Shown here in pieces: positions 18,062 to 28,066 of a stretch of DNA of 36,367 nucleotides. Source of the stretch: an uncultured Candidatus Saccharibacteria bacterium (GTDB lineage: Bacteria > Patescibacteriota > Minisyncoccia > Phycocordibacterales > UBA5272); NCBI GenBank assembly GCA_964348675.1, contig CAYGDF010000004.1, forward strand, positions 4,087 through 40,453, in the 5' to 3' direction. The notes beneath the pieces were generated by a model. The model was not told the origin of the DNA, did no database searches, and saw only the letters and a program-made list of their open reading frames with translations. The translations under genes were made by a program, and so were the position numbers. Within the stretch, counting starts at the first letter, position 1, and the number at the start of each line of letters is the position of its first letter.

Positions 18062-18194
18062 TACTTTACGACTAACCCCATAAATATTTAGAACCACCGT
18101 CCTTTCCATCAATCAGAATTAAAATAAGAAATATTTAAGCGTTATCCTTTTCCGCTCCCCCGGCGGGGGATACTCCATTTTTCGGGGGATTATA

Positions 18195-18228
18195 TAAAAA
18201 TAAAACATCCGTTCAAGGATGCCTTATT
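18195..18228 (-). terminator. Terminator of the 33-aa small ORF
   Basis: Minus strand reads aataaggcatcc-ttgaac-ggatgttttattttt, with two G-U pairs on this strand. Confidence 0.65.
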
Positions 18229-18251
18229 CCCTCCCCTTGCCCCCTATTATT

Positions 18252-18353
18252 TTAAGAAAGTTTAAACATCAAAACCCAAGAGGCCAAAACAACTCCAACC
18301 AAAAAACTTGTAAATAAAATAAGTACAAACGCTGGGATAGTAAATGTAATCAT
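18252..18353 (-). CDS. Unannotated 33-aa single-TM peptide
   Basis: MITFTIPAFVLILFTSFLVGVVLASWVLMFKLS, with TATACT 8 nt upstream of the ATG and a terminator downstream. Confidence 0.6.
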   Translation of the reverse strand: MITFTIPAFVLILFTSFLVGVVLASWVLMFKLS

Positions 18354-18377
18354 ATGTTTATAGTATACACGAGAGAA

Positions 18378-19661
18378 TTAAAGGTAGGAAAGTGGGTTAA
18401 GATATCCAGCCTTTGGTGCCAGCGGCATTATAAGATAAGTTCCGCAAACCTTACTCTTGTATTCAGTAGGACCTGAAATATGAACAGCGTCAGACGCGTA
18501 CACAGTAAAGTGAAGATGAGGACCAGTACTGTATCCAGTATTTCCTGAGAGACCGATTTTTTCACCTACCTTTACGCTTTGACCTGTGGACGCCTGAATA
18601 ACAGATAAGTGAGCATACAAAGTTGTCAGACCATTTGTGTGACGGATAAGCACCCATTTACCATAGGACACACCATTACACGCTAAGTCAGTATTTCCTG
18701 TTCCTAAAACAACTCCATCAGCAGCGGCTAAAAGTGGTGTACCCATTTTTACTCCGAAGTCGATACCGTTGTGTCCTGATCCGTTATAGACTTGAGGGTT
18801 TTGACTCGCAAATGGAGTGTTCCCGAAATACTGCGTGATAATCGGATTAGCCACTGGATACTTCAAAACCCCCTTTCCATATTTAGGAAGTTTACTAGCG
18901 TCCACTATAACTTTAAGACGTGATTCCACATCCAACATTTCGGCTTCCAAACTATCTTTCTTCTTCTTTCTATCAGCCAGTAATTTTTGATATTCCGATT
19001 CTTTATTTTTTGTTTGTACTAAGAGATTATTCTTATCCTTTGCTGTTACTTCAACTAATTGCTTCTGGTCGTTAAGAGTTGAGTTCAAACTCTCGAGTTG
19101 GTGCTTATTTGATTCATAGGTTGCCTTCTGTGTAGACAGAATCATTCTGGTGTCAATGAGCGCTTTCACTTTTTCATTTATCGCCTTTGACACGTCACCT
19201 CCACGCTTAACTGCATCAATCGCGTCCGAAAGATGAGACCCCTTTGAAAGGGCGCCGAGTAAAGGTGGTAGAACTTCTTCACCTTGAACAAGGGTTCTTA
19301 AAGTTTCAGACAAAGCGTTTTTATTTTTGTCCAAAGTGCTTTCTGTTACAACGATCTTTCCTTGAGTATCTGATATTTTTTCTTGAGTAGCAGTAATTTG
19401 TAATTTAGTCCTATTAATTTCTTTACCAAGAGCCGTACGTCGCAACTCTAAAGAAGCCAGGGCGGATTTTAAAGTCTTGGCTTCCCCTTGCGTTTGATTT
19501 ATTTTTTTATTAAATTCGGCAATCTCTTTATCGAGCGCTTGAATCTGAGATGATAAAGCATTTAAATTTGCCTGCAAATCGTCCGCCGTGTCTGCGTGGA
19601 TGAAAACTGGTAATAAAAGCGTCGTTATTATAAAAAGTGTAAAGAAAGAGCGTAATTGCAT
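18378..19661 (-). CDS. Coiled-coil M23 family peptidoglycan endopeptidase
   Basis: Signal peptide, long coiled coil, HNGID, YAHL and GNTGYSTGPHLHF. Confidence 0.93.
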   Translation of the reverse strand: MQLRSFFTLFIITTLLLPVFIHADTADDLQANLNALSSQIQALDKEIAEFNKKINQTQGEAKTLKSALASLELRRTALGKEINRTKLQITATQEKISDTQGKIVVTESTLDKNKNALSETLRTLVQGEEVLPPLLGALSKGSHLSDAIDAVKRGGDVSKAINEKVKALIDTRMILSTQKATYESNKHQLESLNSTLNDQKQLVEVTAKDKNNLLVQTKNKESEYQKLLADRKKKKDSLEAEMLDVESRLKVIVDASKLPKYGKGVLKYPVANPIITQYFGNTPFASQNPQVYNGSGHNGIDFGVKMGTPLLAAADGVVLGTGNTDLACNGVSYGKWVLIRHTNGLTTLYAHLSVIQASTGQSVKVGEKIGLSGNTGYSTGPHLHFTVYASDAVHISGPTEYKSKVCGTYLIMPLAPKAGYLNPLSYL

Positions 19662-19677
19662 GCAATATTATTAACAG

Positions 19678-21114
19678 TTATGAATCTAATTTGTGACACA
19701 TTGATTCTATGCGGGCAAGGGATTCTTCTTTTCCTAAAACGTAACAAATAGTGAAAGGGTCAACCGAGCGTTCCTGTCCAGATAAGGTCATGCGAAGTGG
19801 CCAAAGAACATTCCCCTTTCCATTTTCTTCAGCATAAAGCATGAGAACTTCTTTTACTTTATCTCCCGAAGAAAAATCTGCATCACTTAAAATATCTTTT
19901 ATCTTTTCCAAATGAAGTGCGGCGACATGAGCACCGTCATCTTTATAGAGAACTCTTTCTTTTTCAATATCTGGACGTTTGATAAAGAATCCGAATTCAG
20001 TCTCTTTCAGAGATTGAAGTTCGCCGTATGTATTTATTCTATCAATGATTGATGGGAGCATTTTGAAAAGCATTTCATCTTCATACTCGGTCATGTACTT
20101 TTTCACGCCTTCTAGTTGAACTTCTTTAGGCTGCTTTTTAATGTGTTCCTTATTCATCCATAGCAATTTTTCTTCGTTAAACATCGCACCGGCTTTATGG
20201 ATTCTTTCAATTGAAAAACTCTCTACTATCTCCTCGGGCGTCATAACTTCCTTCTCCCCTCCTGGGTTCCATCCTAAAAATGCTAAAAAGTTTACCATCG
20301 CTTCTGGTAGATAACCTTCCTCTCTGTATTCCAAAATATCCTTTGCCCCATCGCGCTTGCCTAATTTTTTATTACCCCCCTCTCCTAAGATGGGAGGCAG
20401 AGTCACAAATACTGGCGGAATGATTTCCAACGCTTCATACAATGCCAAAAACTTTGGAGTAGACGCAATAAATTCATCTGCCCGCATGATGTGTGTCACA
20501 CCCATTTCAAAATCATCAATTATGTGTGCGAAGTTATATGTTGGATAACCATCACTTTTAATTAAAATAAAATCATCAAGTGCTTCAGGTCCTGCGGAAA
20601 GTTCCCCGCGCACGGCGTCATTCCAAGTGTATGATTTTACTTCTGGAACTTTAAAACGCAGTGGTTTCGTACCATCCCACGCTTCCGTTTTTTCTGGACG
20701 AAAATCACGATACAAAAATAATCTTTTTTCGCTTTCGGCCTTTTGACGATGATCTGCTATTTCTTGTTCACTGTAAGGATCTGGATACGCATAACCTTTC
20801 TCTACTAAAATTTTGGCGTATTTTTTATAAGATTCTAGTCTCTCTGACTGAAGATAAGGAGCGTGTGGACCACCTATATCTACCCCTTCATCCCAATTTA
20901 TGCCAAGCCATTTCAAAGACTCTATTATGTGTGCGATTGACCCTTCCACTTCTCGAGACTTATCAGTATCTTCAATACGCAAAATAAATCTACCATTATT
21001 CTTTCTCGCATACGCCCAAGCGTAGAGTGCAGTACGAACACCGCCGACATGCATGAAGCCGGTTGGTGATGGTGCGAAGCGTGTTACTACTTTTGCTTTA
21101 GAGTTATCTGGCAT
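19678..21114 (-). CDS. gltX: Glutamate--tRNA ligase
   Basis: RFAPSPTG.MHVGG, LRIEDTD and KLGKR. Start set to the ATG at 21114, after the murG stop. Confidence 0.96.
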   Translation of the reverse strand: MPDNSKAKVVTRFAPSPTGFMHVGGVRTALYAWAYARKNNGRFILRIEDTDKSREVEGSIAHIIESLKWLGINWDEGVDIGGPHAPYLQSERLESYKKYAKILVEKGYAYPDPYSEQEIADHRQKAESEKRLFLYRDFRPEKTEAWDGTKPLRFKVPEVKSYTWNDAVRGELSAGPEALDDFILIKSDGYPTYNFAHIIDDFEMGVTHIMRADEFIASTPKFLALYEALEIIPPVFVTLPPILGEGGNKKLGKRDGAKDILEYREEGYLPEAMVNFLAFLGWNPGGEKEVMTPEEIVESFSIERIHKAGAMFNEEKLLWMNKEHIKKQPKEVQLEGVKKYMTEYEDEMLFKMLPSIIDRINTYGELQSLKETEFGFFIKRPDIEKERVLYKDDGAHVAALHLEKIKDILSDADFSSGDKVKEVLMLYAEENGKGNVLWPLRMTLSGQERSVDPFTICYVLGKEESLARIESMCHKLDS

Positions 21115-21115
21115 A

Positions 21116-22225
21116 TTAATTATAATGACTGAGACCAATACGAATTATTTCACGAGCAATTAAAGAAGCTGCTTCTTTTGAGTTATCAAATGCCTTACAG
21201 TTATCAGACATTTTTTTATAAATCTCTTTATTCTCAAAGATTCTTTTAATTTCATTCATTAGAACTATTGATGATAAGTTTCCTTCTTCAATAACAGTAG
21301 CAACCCCAAGCGATGCGGCAGCGTAAGCGTTTGATCTCTGATCGCGACTTACATTTTCAGGAATCGGGATTATGATCATCGGAAGTTGCCAAACGCCCAA
21401 CTCAAATATCATCGAGCCAGCTCGAGTAATCGCTAAATCTACCTTCCCATAGAAAAGAGAAACGTCGATAAAGCCTTCCATGTAATATCTATCCTTAAAC
21501 GGATGATCTTTTAGAATTGAATCTGAGTATGATTTAACTGCTTCCAAATTGGCCGTTCCAACTTGATGAACAACATCATAAGTATTAAGTAACTCTGGAA
21601 GAATTTTTAAGATAGCTTCATTAATTGCCTGAGCACCTTGAGATCCTCCGATTACTAAAATAACAGGGCGATCTTTTGCACCAAATACTCTTTCGTAATT
21701 TTCTGGCGGTAAAATGGCATCACGAATCGGTTGCCCTGTGAGAGCAGTTTTTTCTTTTGGATAAAATGTGGCAGCCTCTCCATACGAAAGTGCCACACGT
21801 GACGCAAACCTTCCAGCCCATTTAGTGGTGCGACCTGGCACGGTGTCACTTTCATGGACGAAAATTGGAATAGACAAGATTCTCGCTGCAAAAAGTGTTG
21901 GGAAAGAAGCGTATCCTCCTTTTGAAAAAACAACATCTGGATATATGCGATACAAAACGAGCAATGCGCTAATCATTCCATAAATAGTTTTGAAAAAATC
22001 TGTGATAGTTTCAAGTGAAGGGTAGACTCTTAACTTTCCTGCTGGAACTTTAACGAATTTAATTTGAAGTTCAAATAATGCTTTCTCGTCGTATGGTTTA
22101 TCAGAAATGAAATAAACATCGGGCTGAACAATTTTTTGAACAAAAGATTCTTTGTGAATACGTTCAACAACCGCAAGTAACGGATAAAAGTGTCCACCTC
22201 CAGCTCCTGTGATTACAATTTTCAT
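21116..22225 (-). CDS. murG: Lipid II GlcNAc transferase
   Basis: GAGGGHFYP, KGGYAS, HESD, TGQPIR, GGSQGA and DQRSNA. Confidence 0.95.
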   Translation of the reverse strand: MKIVITGAGGGHFYPLLAVVERIHKESFVQKIVQPDVYFISDKPYDEKALFELQIKFVKVPAGKLRVYPSLETITDFFKTIYGMISALLVLYRIYPDVVFSKGGYASFPTLFAARILSIPIFVHESDTVPGRTTKWAGRFASRVALSYGEAATFYPKEKTALTGQPIRDAILPPENYERVFGAKDRPVILVIGGSQGAQAINEAILKILPELLNTYDVVHQVGTANLEAVKSYSDSILKDHPFKDRYYMEGFIDVSLFYGKVDLAITRAGSMIFELGVWQLPMIIIPIPENVSRDQRSNAYAAASLGVATVIEEGNLSSIVLMNEIKRIFENKEIYKKMSDNCKAFDNSKEAASLIAREIIRIGLSHYN

Positions 22226-23319
22226 AAAATAATTGAGGTCTTTGAGATATTTAAAAGCACTCCTAATTCAAACAGTGCTGCCATGAGTGCTGTTCCCCCG
22301 TGCGACACAAGAGGGAGTGGCACGCCCATAAGCGGTAAAAGTCCAAGCATCGAGCCCACATTTATAACGGCCTGAGAAATTATTATGGTAACAATTCCAA
22401 CGGCCAGCAATCTACCAAATTGGTCCTCGGCATACATGGAAATCATATATCCACGTATACCTACTATACCATACAAAATAACAATAAATATTACCCCCAT
22501 AAAGCCCAACTCCTCTCCCAAAACAGCAAATATGGAGTCCCCTATCGGCTCAGGTAAATAATTAAATTTCTGTACACTTTGCCCTAATCCCCTTCCAACT
22601 GGACCACCTGAACCGATAGCAATCAATGACTGGTTCAGTTGCCACGATGAGCCACGCACATCATGGGACGCGTCAAAAAAAGTTTTTACTCTCTCTAACA
22701 TGTAAGGCCTAACGGCAATTAAAGTAGCGAAACCAATAATACCTAGAAGTATCAGAACATACATATGTTTCTTCCTGGCACCTCCCACAAAGTAAACGAC
22801 AAAACCAGATGTGAATATAACTAAATATGTTCCGAAATCCGGCTGTAATAATAAAATCAAAGAAACTAAACCTGTTCCAATTAAGTATGGGAGTAATCCA
22901 TACTTCCAATTTTTAAAAAGCGATCTGTATTTAGTACACCAATAAGCCACGACAATTACGAAAGCAAGTTTCAGTGCCTCACTTGGCTGAACAGAAAAAG
23001 CTCCGATATCTAACCATCTGTGCGCTCCACCGTGATAAGTAGAAAGTGCCGGAACAAAAACTAAAGCAGTGAAGAAAAGGGATAGTCCGAAAATAGCATA
23101 GGCATGTTTCTGATAGAACTTATATGAAAGTGACATGCCTACTACTAAAGCAATCGCACCCCCAACTAAAGCATAAATCAATTGTGTTTCTACAACTGAA
23201 TAAAACTTATTTTCATTTGAGGAAAGTACACCGAGCGCGGCCGAGCCAAAAATAATTAAACCGAAAAATAGGATTATAATTATTGTTACAAAAAGTTTTT
23301 TATCTATTCTGTCGAACAT
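22222..23319 (-). CDS. ftsW: SEDS family peptidoglycan polymerase FtsW
   Basis: GAHRW, QPSE..K, QPDFG, YLPEPIGDSIFAVLGEELG and PLVSHGG; lies between mraY and murG. Confidence 0.92.
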   Translation of the reverse strand: MFDRIDKKLFVTIIIILFFGLIIFGSAALGVLSSNENKFYSVVETQLIYALVGGAIALVVGMSLSYKFYQKHAYAIFGLSLFFTALVFVPALSTYHGGAHRWLDIGAFSVQPSEALKLAFVIVVAYWCTKYRSLFKNWKYGLLPYLIGTGLVSLILLLQPDFGTYLVIFTSGFVVYFVGGARKKHMYVLILLGIIGFATLIAVRPYMLERVKTFFDASHDVRGSSWQLNQSLIAIGSGGPVGRGLGQSVQKFNYLPEPIGDSIFAVLGEELGFMGVIFIVILYGIVGIRGYMISMYAEDQFGRLLAVGIVTIIISQAVINVGSMLGLLPLMGVPLPLVSHGGTALMAALFELGVLLNISKTSIIL

Positions 23320-23323
23320 AAGA

Positions 23324-24394
23324 TTAACTAACCAGAACAATAACAACTCCTAAAACTGCGCAAATATAAGAAACGACCCAATAGCGCATGGTAACCGTTT
23401 GAGAAAGCCACCCCTTGGCTTGAAAATGATGATGAAGTGGAGCAACTATAAACAACTTTCTCTTAAAGGCCTTTTTCCAAGTTAATTGCAGAATTACAGA
23501 AAGGGTGGATACCACAAGCGGAAGTGCAATGAGTGGAAGATACATAACGGCATCAGTTAGGAAAACAATTACAGAGAGCGCCAGTGATAGCGCCAGCATT
23601 CCAGTTTCGGATAAATAAAACTTGGCGGGAGGAATATTAAACCATAGGAAAGCAAGTATCGCCCCAACAAACACGAAACATAAAGTTGCAATGTCTATTT
23701 GACCGTGCAAAAACGCAATCATTCCATAGGCAGTAAAGACGGCACTCATCACCCCACCAGAAAGTCCATCTACCCCATCAATAACTCCAGTCGAAAAAAG
23801 CGCGAGAGTTACTAAAACAAAAAATAGTATAAAAAGTACCCCTCCTAAAACAACATGTCCGTAGAAAGGAATATAGACGCTATCAACTCCCAACTTTGCG
23901 TAGAACCACCAACCTGCAAATAGCCCAAGAGCGGACACAGCAGCCAACCGCACTGGAAAAGAAAGCCCTCCACCGATGTATGAATTTAATTTACTTCCAA
24001 AAGCATCTACCACCAGTAAATCGTCGAGCGCTCCAACTACCGCTCCTACAAGCATCGCCATAAGAGGAAGCCAGGTTTGGTTACGGGAGATAAAATCCAA
24101 CTTCAAAGTAATCGCTGTTGGATAAAACTTAGACAACCCCCAAAGGACAAGTGCCGTAACCAATACAGAAAACCAAACTATAAATCCCCCTAATCGTGGA
24201 ACTGGAGCCCCTTCGTCGTTATGAAGTGACGCTGTTATTGTGGCCAACTGCCCATCAATGGTAGTGGCAACATTTTTCTTTTTCCAAAATTTATTCTTAA
24301 CTAAGAACCTTATATAATCCGGCGCCACGGCAATTCCAACCAAAAAAGAAATGATTGCCGGCAGGAGTATTTTCAGCGGATCTAGAGTAATCAT
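23324..24394 (-). CDS. mraY: Phospho-MurNAc-pentapeptide transferase
   Basis: PRLGG, GALDD, DGVDGL, FLWFNIPPAK and APLHHHF. Confidence 0.95.
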   Translation of the reverse strand: MITLDPLKILLPAIISFLVGIAVAPDYIRFLVKNKFWKKKNVATTIDGQLATITASLHNDEGAPVPRLGGFIVWFSVLVTALVLWGLSKFYPTAITLKLDFISRNQTWLPLMAMLVGAVVGALDDLLVVDAFGSKLNSYIGGGLSFPVRLAAVSALGLFAGWWFYAKLGVDSVYIPFYGHVVLGGVLFILFFVLVTLALFSTGVIDGVDGLSGGVMSAVFTAYGMIAFLHGQIDIATLCFVFVGAILAFLWFNIPPAKFYLSETGMLALSLALSVIVFLTDAVMYLPLIALPLVVSTLSVILQLTWKKAFKRKLFIVAPLHHHFQAKGWLSQTVTMRYWVVSYICAVLGVVIVLVS

Positions 24395-24460
24395 GTTGAT
24401 TTTACTAGTATATCATGGGGAAAATGCCACCAGAAGATGATAACTATTGGTAAATAAAAA

Positions 24461-25381
24461 TTATCTGATACTTTTAAGAAGGGCTAAGTAAAGGGTGTAC
24501 GCGTCCGAAAATCTGGCCTCTCTTGTAGAACCCAAAACTACGATTATAACTGGGTGTCCTAAGGTGGCGTCCAGTGAAAGTACGAGGTTGCCCCCTGCAC
24601 TGTCTGTGTAGCCAGTTTTTGAGGCTTCGACACCGACGAAATCATCAACATGCTGATTGGTGTTCGGGATGCCTATTACTAGCCCTGTTGAAGAATTAGC
24701 CCTTAACCGTGTCTTTGTCGTTGCATCAAGCACGTCCGGTAAACTGGCACGAGCAAGTGCCATCATACGAGCCACGTCATAAGCACTCCCCACCCCTCCT
24801 AACTGTCCATTTAGATCAAGTCCGGCCGGTTGAGTAAATTTCATATTAAAACCAAGTTCGGTTGAATAAGAATTCATTCTTTCCACAAATTTAGTTCTTC
24901 CTAGGAGTTTGTCAGAGATTAACTGTGCTCCGTCATTTGATGAAAAAACAAGAGTGTATTTCAATAATTCTTTAAGAGTCCAGGATTGTTTTTCTTTTAA
25001 ACCTAGATCATATCCACCATCTAAACTTCCTTTAGAAACTACTATTTTTGTTCCAAGCGTGGCCACATCTACTGCTGTTAGTGCAGTCATTATTTTCGTG
25101 ATACTCGCAAGCGGATAGGACACGTATTCGTTTTTACCAACAATTATCTGTTTAGATAAGACATCGTAAACCACGTAAGACTTTGCCTCAACTGAAATAT
25201 TATCAAAAGCGTGTTTATCATAACCAGTTTCTGCTTTATCTTTTCCTCCGAGCGGAACAAATATTCCAGACTGCCTAATGCTAAGTGGAACGGCAAAAGC
25301 GGATACAAGCACTATAAAAGTAAGCGCCATAGCATAAACAATCCATAAAGTGGCGAAGTCTTTTTTTACATGCTCTATCAT
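24461..25381 (-). CDS. D-alanyl-D-alanine carboxypeptidase (peptidase S11)
   Basis: PLASITK (SxxK), SSN and KTG motifs; N-terminal TM. Confidence 0.9.
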   Translation of the reverse strand: MIEHVKKDFATLWIVYAMALTFIVLVSAFAVPLSIRQSGIFVPLGGKDKAETGYDKHAFDNISVEAKSYVVYDVLSKQIIVGKNEYVSYPLASITKIMTALTAVDVATLGTKIVVSKGSLDGGYDLGLKEKQSWTLKELLKYTLVFSSNDGAQLISDKLLGRTKFVERMNSYSTELGFNMKFTQPAGLDLNGQLGGVGSAYDVARMMALARASLPDVLDATTKTRLRANSSTGLVIGIPNTNQHVDDFVGVEASKTGYTDSAGGNLVLSLDATLGHPVIIVVLGSTREARFSDAYTLYLALLKSIR

Positions 25382-25391
25382 AATAATTTGC

Positions 25392-25898
25392 CTAGCCTTC
25401 AATTGACTTCAGTTTCTCTAATAATTCTGTGCGTATAGTTTCGTACTGTGGTAATTCTTCGACACTTGTCACACCTAAATGTTTAAGAGCATCCCCAGTC
25501 AAAGTACACACCTCCCCTTCTCTTTTTATTAATCCTCTTACCGATAGCGTACGAATAGACTGTGATGACTGCACGCCACGAATATATGAAATGGTTTGTC
25601 TGGTTGGATTTCCTAAGTAAGCCACAATTGAAAGAACTTGAAGAGTGGCCGGGGTTAAATCTCCTTTCAATTCTTCTTTCCAAAAAGCCTCTACCAACCC
25701 TGCTTGCTTTGCATCAGTTACAATTGAGACTTCATCTTTATTTCTAAGAAGTCCGAGACCAACTTCTTTGATTTTTGTTTCCACCTCAGACAAAATTGCA
25801 TCAACCTCTTTTTCATCTTCGTTTATTAAAGTCGCAATGGTCTTAATAGAAAGTGGTTCGCCTGAGAGATATAAAATAGTAATTATTTTTTCGATCAT
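25392..25898 (-). CDS. scpB: SMC-Scp complex subunit ScpB
   Basis: LYLSGEPLS, LQVLSIVAY, ISYIRGV and LPQY; adjacent to scpA. Confidence 0.92.
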   Translation of the reverse strand: MIEKIITILYLSGEPLSIKTIATLINEDEKEVDAILSEVETKIKEVGLGLLRNKDEVSIVTDAKQAGLVEAFWKEELKGDLTPATLQVLSIVAYLGNPTRQTISYIRGVQSSQSIRTLSVRGLIKREGEVCTLTGDALKHLGVTSVEELPQYETIRTELLEKLKSIEG

Positions 25899-25920
25899 AT
25901 TATGATTGTAACATACGATA

Positions 25921-26634
25921 TTACACGCTATTTATATAAATCTCACCAGTCTTGCTGTGCTGTGATGCTGAAATACTTCCGTTTCTGATTAACTCAAGAA
26001 GTGCGATAAAGTTTACAATTAATATTTTTTTCTTTTCTTGGAAAGTTCCTACCCCGTCCGCTAAACTTTGTAATGTTATAGTCGGTGCATTTTTAACACG
26101 CTCTAATAATTTTTCTATAACCGTTTCCATGCGTAATGCCTGCTCAACCGCAACGTGCATAATTTGTTTTGGAATCGTAAAAGTAGAAAGTGTTAGGAGC
26201 GCAATTGATTGAAGCATTTCTTTTGTCACTCTATTATCTGGCACAAAAATATTTCCACCTTTATATGTGACCCTATCTCTTTCATAAAGCATGTTCTTCC
26301 CAAATGTCTGCCTGATTAAACTTGTTGCATCAGTCAGAATCTTATATATTTCAAGTTTATGTTCCAAATCATGGACCTGTTTCTCCTCTTCTTCTGTGTA
26401 AACAATTCCCGGAAGTAAAGATTTAGCCTTCATCAACATTAAAGTCGAAGCCACTAGAATAAATTGGGAAATATCCGAATGGTCACGCGTATCGATTGAC
26501 TTGATATAGTTTATATAATCATCCGCCACCGTCACTAAAGATATTTCCGTAATAGAAAGTTTCCGCTCTCCAATTAGGTCAAGCAGTTTAGTATAAGGAC
26601 CTTCGAAGCGGTCTAATTTAACAGTGAATTCCAT
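25921..26634 (-). CDS. scpA: Segregation/condensation protein ScpA
   Basis: FEGP..KLLDLI, ASTLMLMKAKSLLP and FIALLEL. Confidence 0.93.
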   Translation of the reverse strand: MEFTVKLDRFEGPYTKLLDLIGERKLSITEISLVTVADDYINYIKSIDTRDHSDISQFILVASTLMLMKAKSLLPGIVYTEEEEKQVHDLEHKLEIYKILTDATSLIRQTFGKNMLYERDRVTYKGGNIFVPDNRVTKEMLQSIALLTLSTFTIPKQIMHVAVEQALRMETVIEKLLERVKNAPTITLQSLADGVGTFQEKKKILIVNFIALLELIRNGSISASQHSKTGEIYINSV

Positions 26635-26688
26635 GTGCTAAGTTTAGTATACCAACTTTTTTATTTATTAAAATATTTTTTTCTTTTC

Positions 26689-26782
26689 ACTTCCCCAACG
26701 AACTAGACGCTGTATTTTCTTGCTAGAAAATCATCTCGTGCTCGGCTCGTCAGCATCCGCAGGCTAGTTCTTGTGGGGAAGT
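26689..26782. repeat. Multi-branched palindromic intergenic element
   Basis: Outer acttcccca/tggggaagt, inner gaactag/ctagttc and internal attttct-tgct-agaaaat hairpin. Confidence 0.55.
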
Positions 26783-26821
26783 ATAGATTGTTTAGATACA
26801 ATGCAACACACAATACAAAAA

Positions 26822-27958
26822 CTATTTAAGAACATTCCAAACCAAAGGATCATTTCCGCCGTCTATTTTAAAGACTGCCACACCACCTAGTTTATAAAGT
26901 TTGGCAATTTTAATTTTATCCGCAATTGCTATCGAGTCAGAATACCAAACTAAATATTGCTTAAATGAACCAAGCGGTAAACCGTTCGCATCCGTTGTAG
27001 TTCCATAAACATAACTGGCTTCTCCCCCACTACTTCTAGAAGGAATTATATTCATACTTTTTGCTATCGAGTCTGCATAATTAAAATTCATAGAGCCAAT
27101 CCTAGAGTATCGCGTGGAACTCGTCCCCGTACCTGGGATTATTTCATACTTATAACCATATGTCGGCACTCCTAAAATTATTTTCTTCGCAGGGATATCC
27201 CAAAGTGCTTGCGTCACCACTTTCTTTACCCATTCAATATCAGCAACCGGCTTGTAAACATTTCCTAAACTTTTATTAAGGTTTACTAAATTGGCGTCAT
27301 CAGTTGATTGGTCGTACGCCATGATGCGAACTTGATCACAAACTAGACCTATAGTTTTGTAGTCATTTGAATATTCTATTTTTGATAAAACTTCTTTTGA
27401 AGTGGTGGCATATCTACTCTCAGGCGGTGTACGAGCCTCCACGGTACAAATTAACTTTTTATTTTCTTTGTGGAGTGCTTTAGCAAGGTTAGTTAAAAAT
27501 GTCGCAAAGTACGGTCTGGTTTCTGCTAATTTATTTTCATAATCAATATCAATACCGTCAAATTTATTTTTCTTAACTAATTCAACAATGGCTTTTATGT
27601 GTGCGTCTCTTCTTTTCTTTTGAGCTAAAAGTAAATAGATTTCATTTCTCTCCTTAGGCGTCTGGGCGTATGACAAAATAGTAGGATAGATTTTGATTTT
27701 CTTTTTCCTGGCTTCCGCTATGAGTGTAGTCCACGGCTCTTCTTGTGCTTTTAGAGCATCCTTAATAGTGCCATCAATTTGTAACTCGTAAGCAAACGGA
27801 CTGATTTGAGTTAATTTATCTAAGTTTTGAAGTGTGGTGCTGGCTCCTTCGGTTTTTCTCCAATATGGTATCCAAATGGCTTTATCAAAAGGTGTAGCGG
27901 CTGATACTAATTCCAAAGTTGAAACAACTAAAAATAGAGATAGAAAAAACTTCTTCAT
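26822..27958 (-). CDS. Secreted GH18 glycoside hydrolase
   Basis: Signal peptide, FDGIDIDYE (intact DxDxE), IMAYD and KIILGVPTYGY. Confidence 0.92.
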   Translation of the reverse strand: MKKFFLSLFLVVSTLELVSAATPFDKAIWIPYWRKTEGASTTLQNLDKLTQISPFAYELQIDGTIKDALKAQEEPWTTLIAEARKKKIKIYPTILSYAQTPKERNEIYLLLAQKKRRDAHIKAIVELVKKNKFDGIDIDYENKLAETRPYFATFLTNLAKALHKENKKLICTVEARTPPESRYATTSKEVLSKIEYSNDYKTIGLVCDQVRIMAYDQSTDDANLVNLNKSLGNVYKPVADIEWVKKVVTQALWDIPAKKIILGVPTYGYKYEIIPGTGTSSTRYSRIGSMNFNYADSIAKSMNIIPSRSSGGEASYVYGTTTDANGLPLGSFKQYLVWYSDSIAIADKIKIAKLYKLGGVAVFKIDGGNDPLVWNVLK

Positions 27959-27995
27959 GTACACATAATAACATGCGACTTTAAATTTTGTGACA

Positions 27996-28027
27996 CAAAA
28001 TAAAAAGACGCCTCCTTCCGGTGGCGC
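27996..28027 (-). terminator. Terminator after orphan 3
   Basis: Minus strand reads ggcgcc-accggaagga-ggcgtc-tttttatttt. Confidence 0.6.
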
Positions 28028-28066
28028 CGAAACTCATGGCAACTGAGTTTTGTAAGGGTAAGCCTC

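Noticed and set aside
17797..18075. Possible CRISPR array
   Set aside because: Repeats are few, degenerate and irregularly spaced, and there are no cas genes.
28011..28027. ccggaagg resembling the SRP RNA loop
   Set aside because: Lacks the CAGG/AGCA internal loop; better explained as a terminator.
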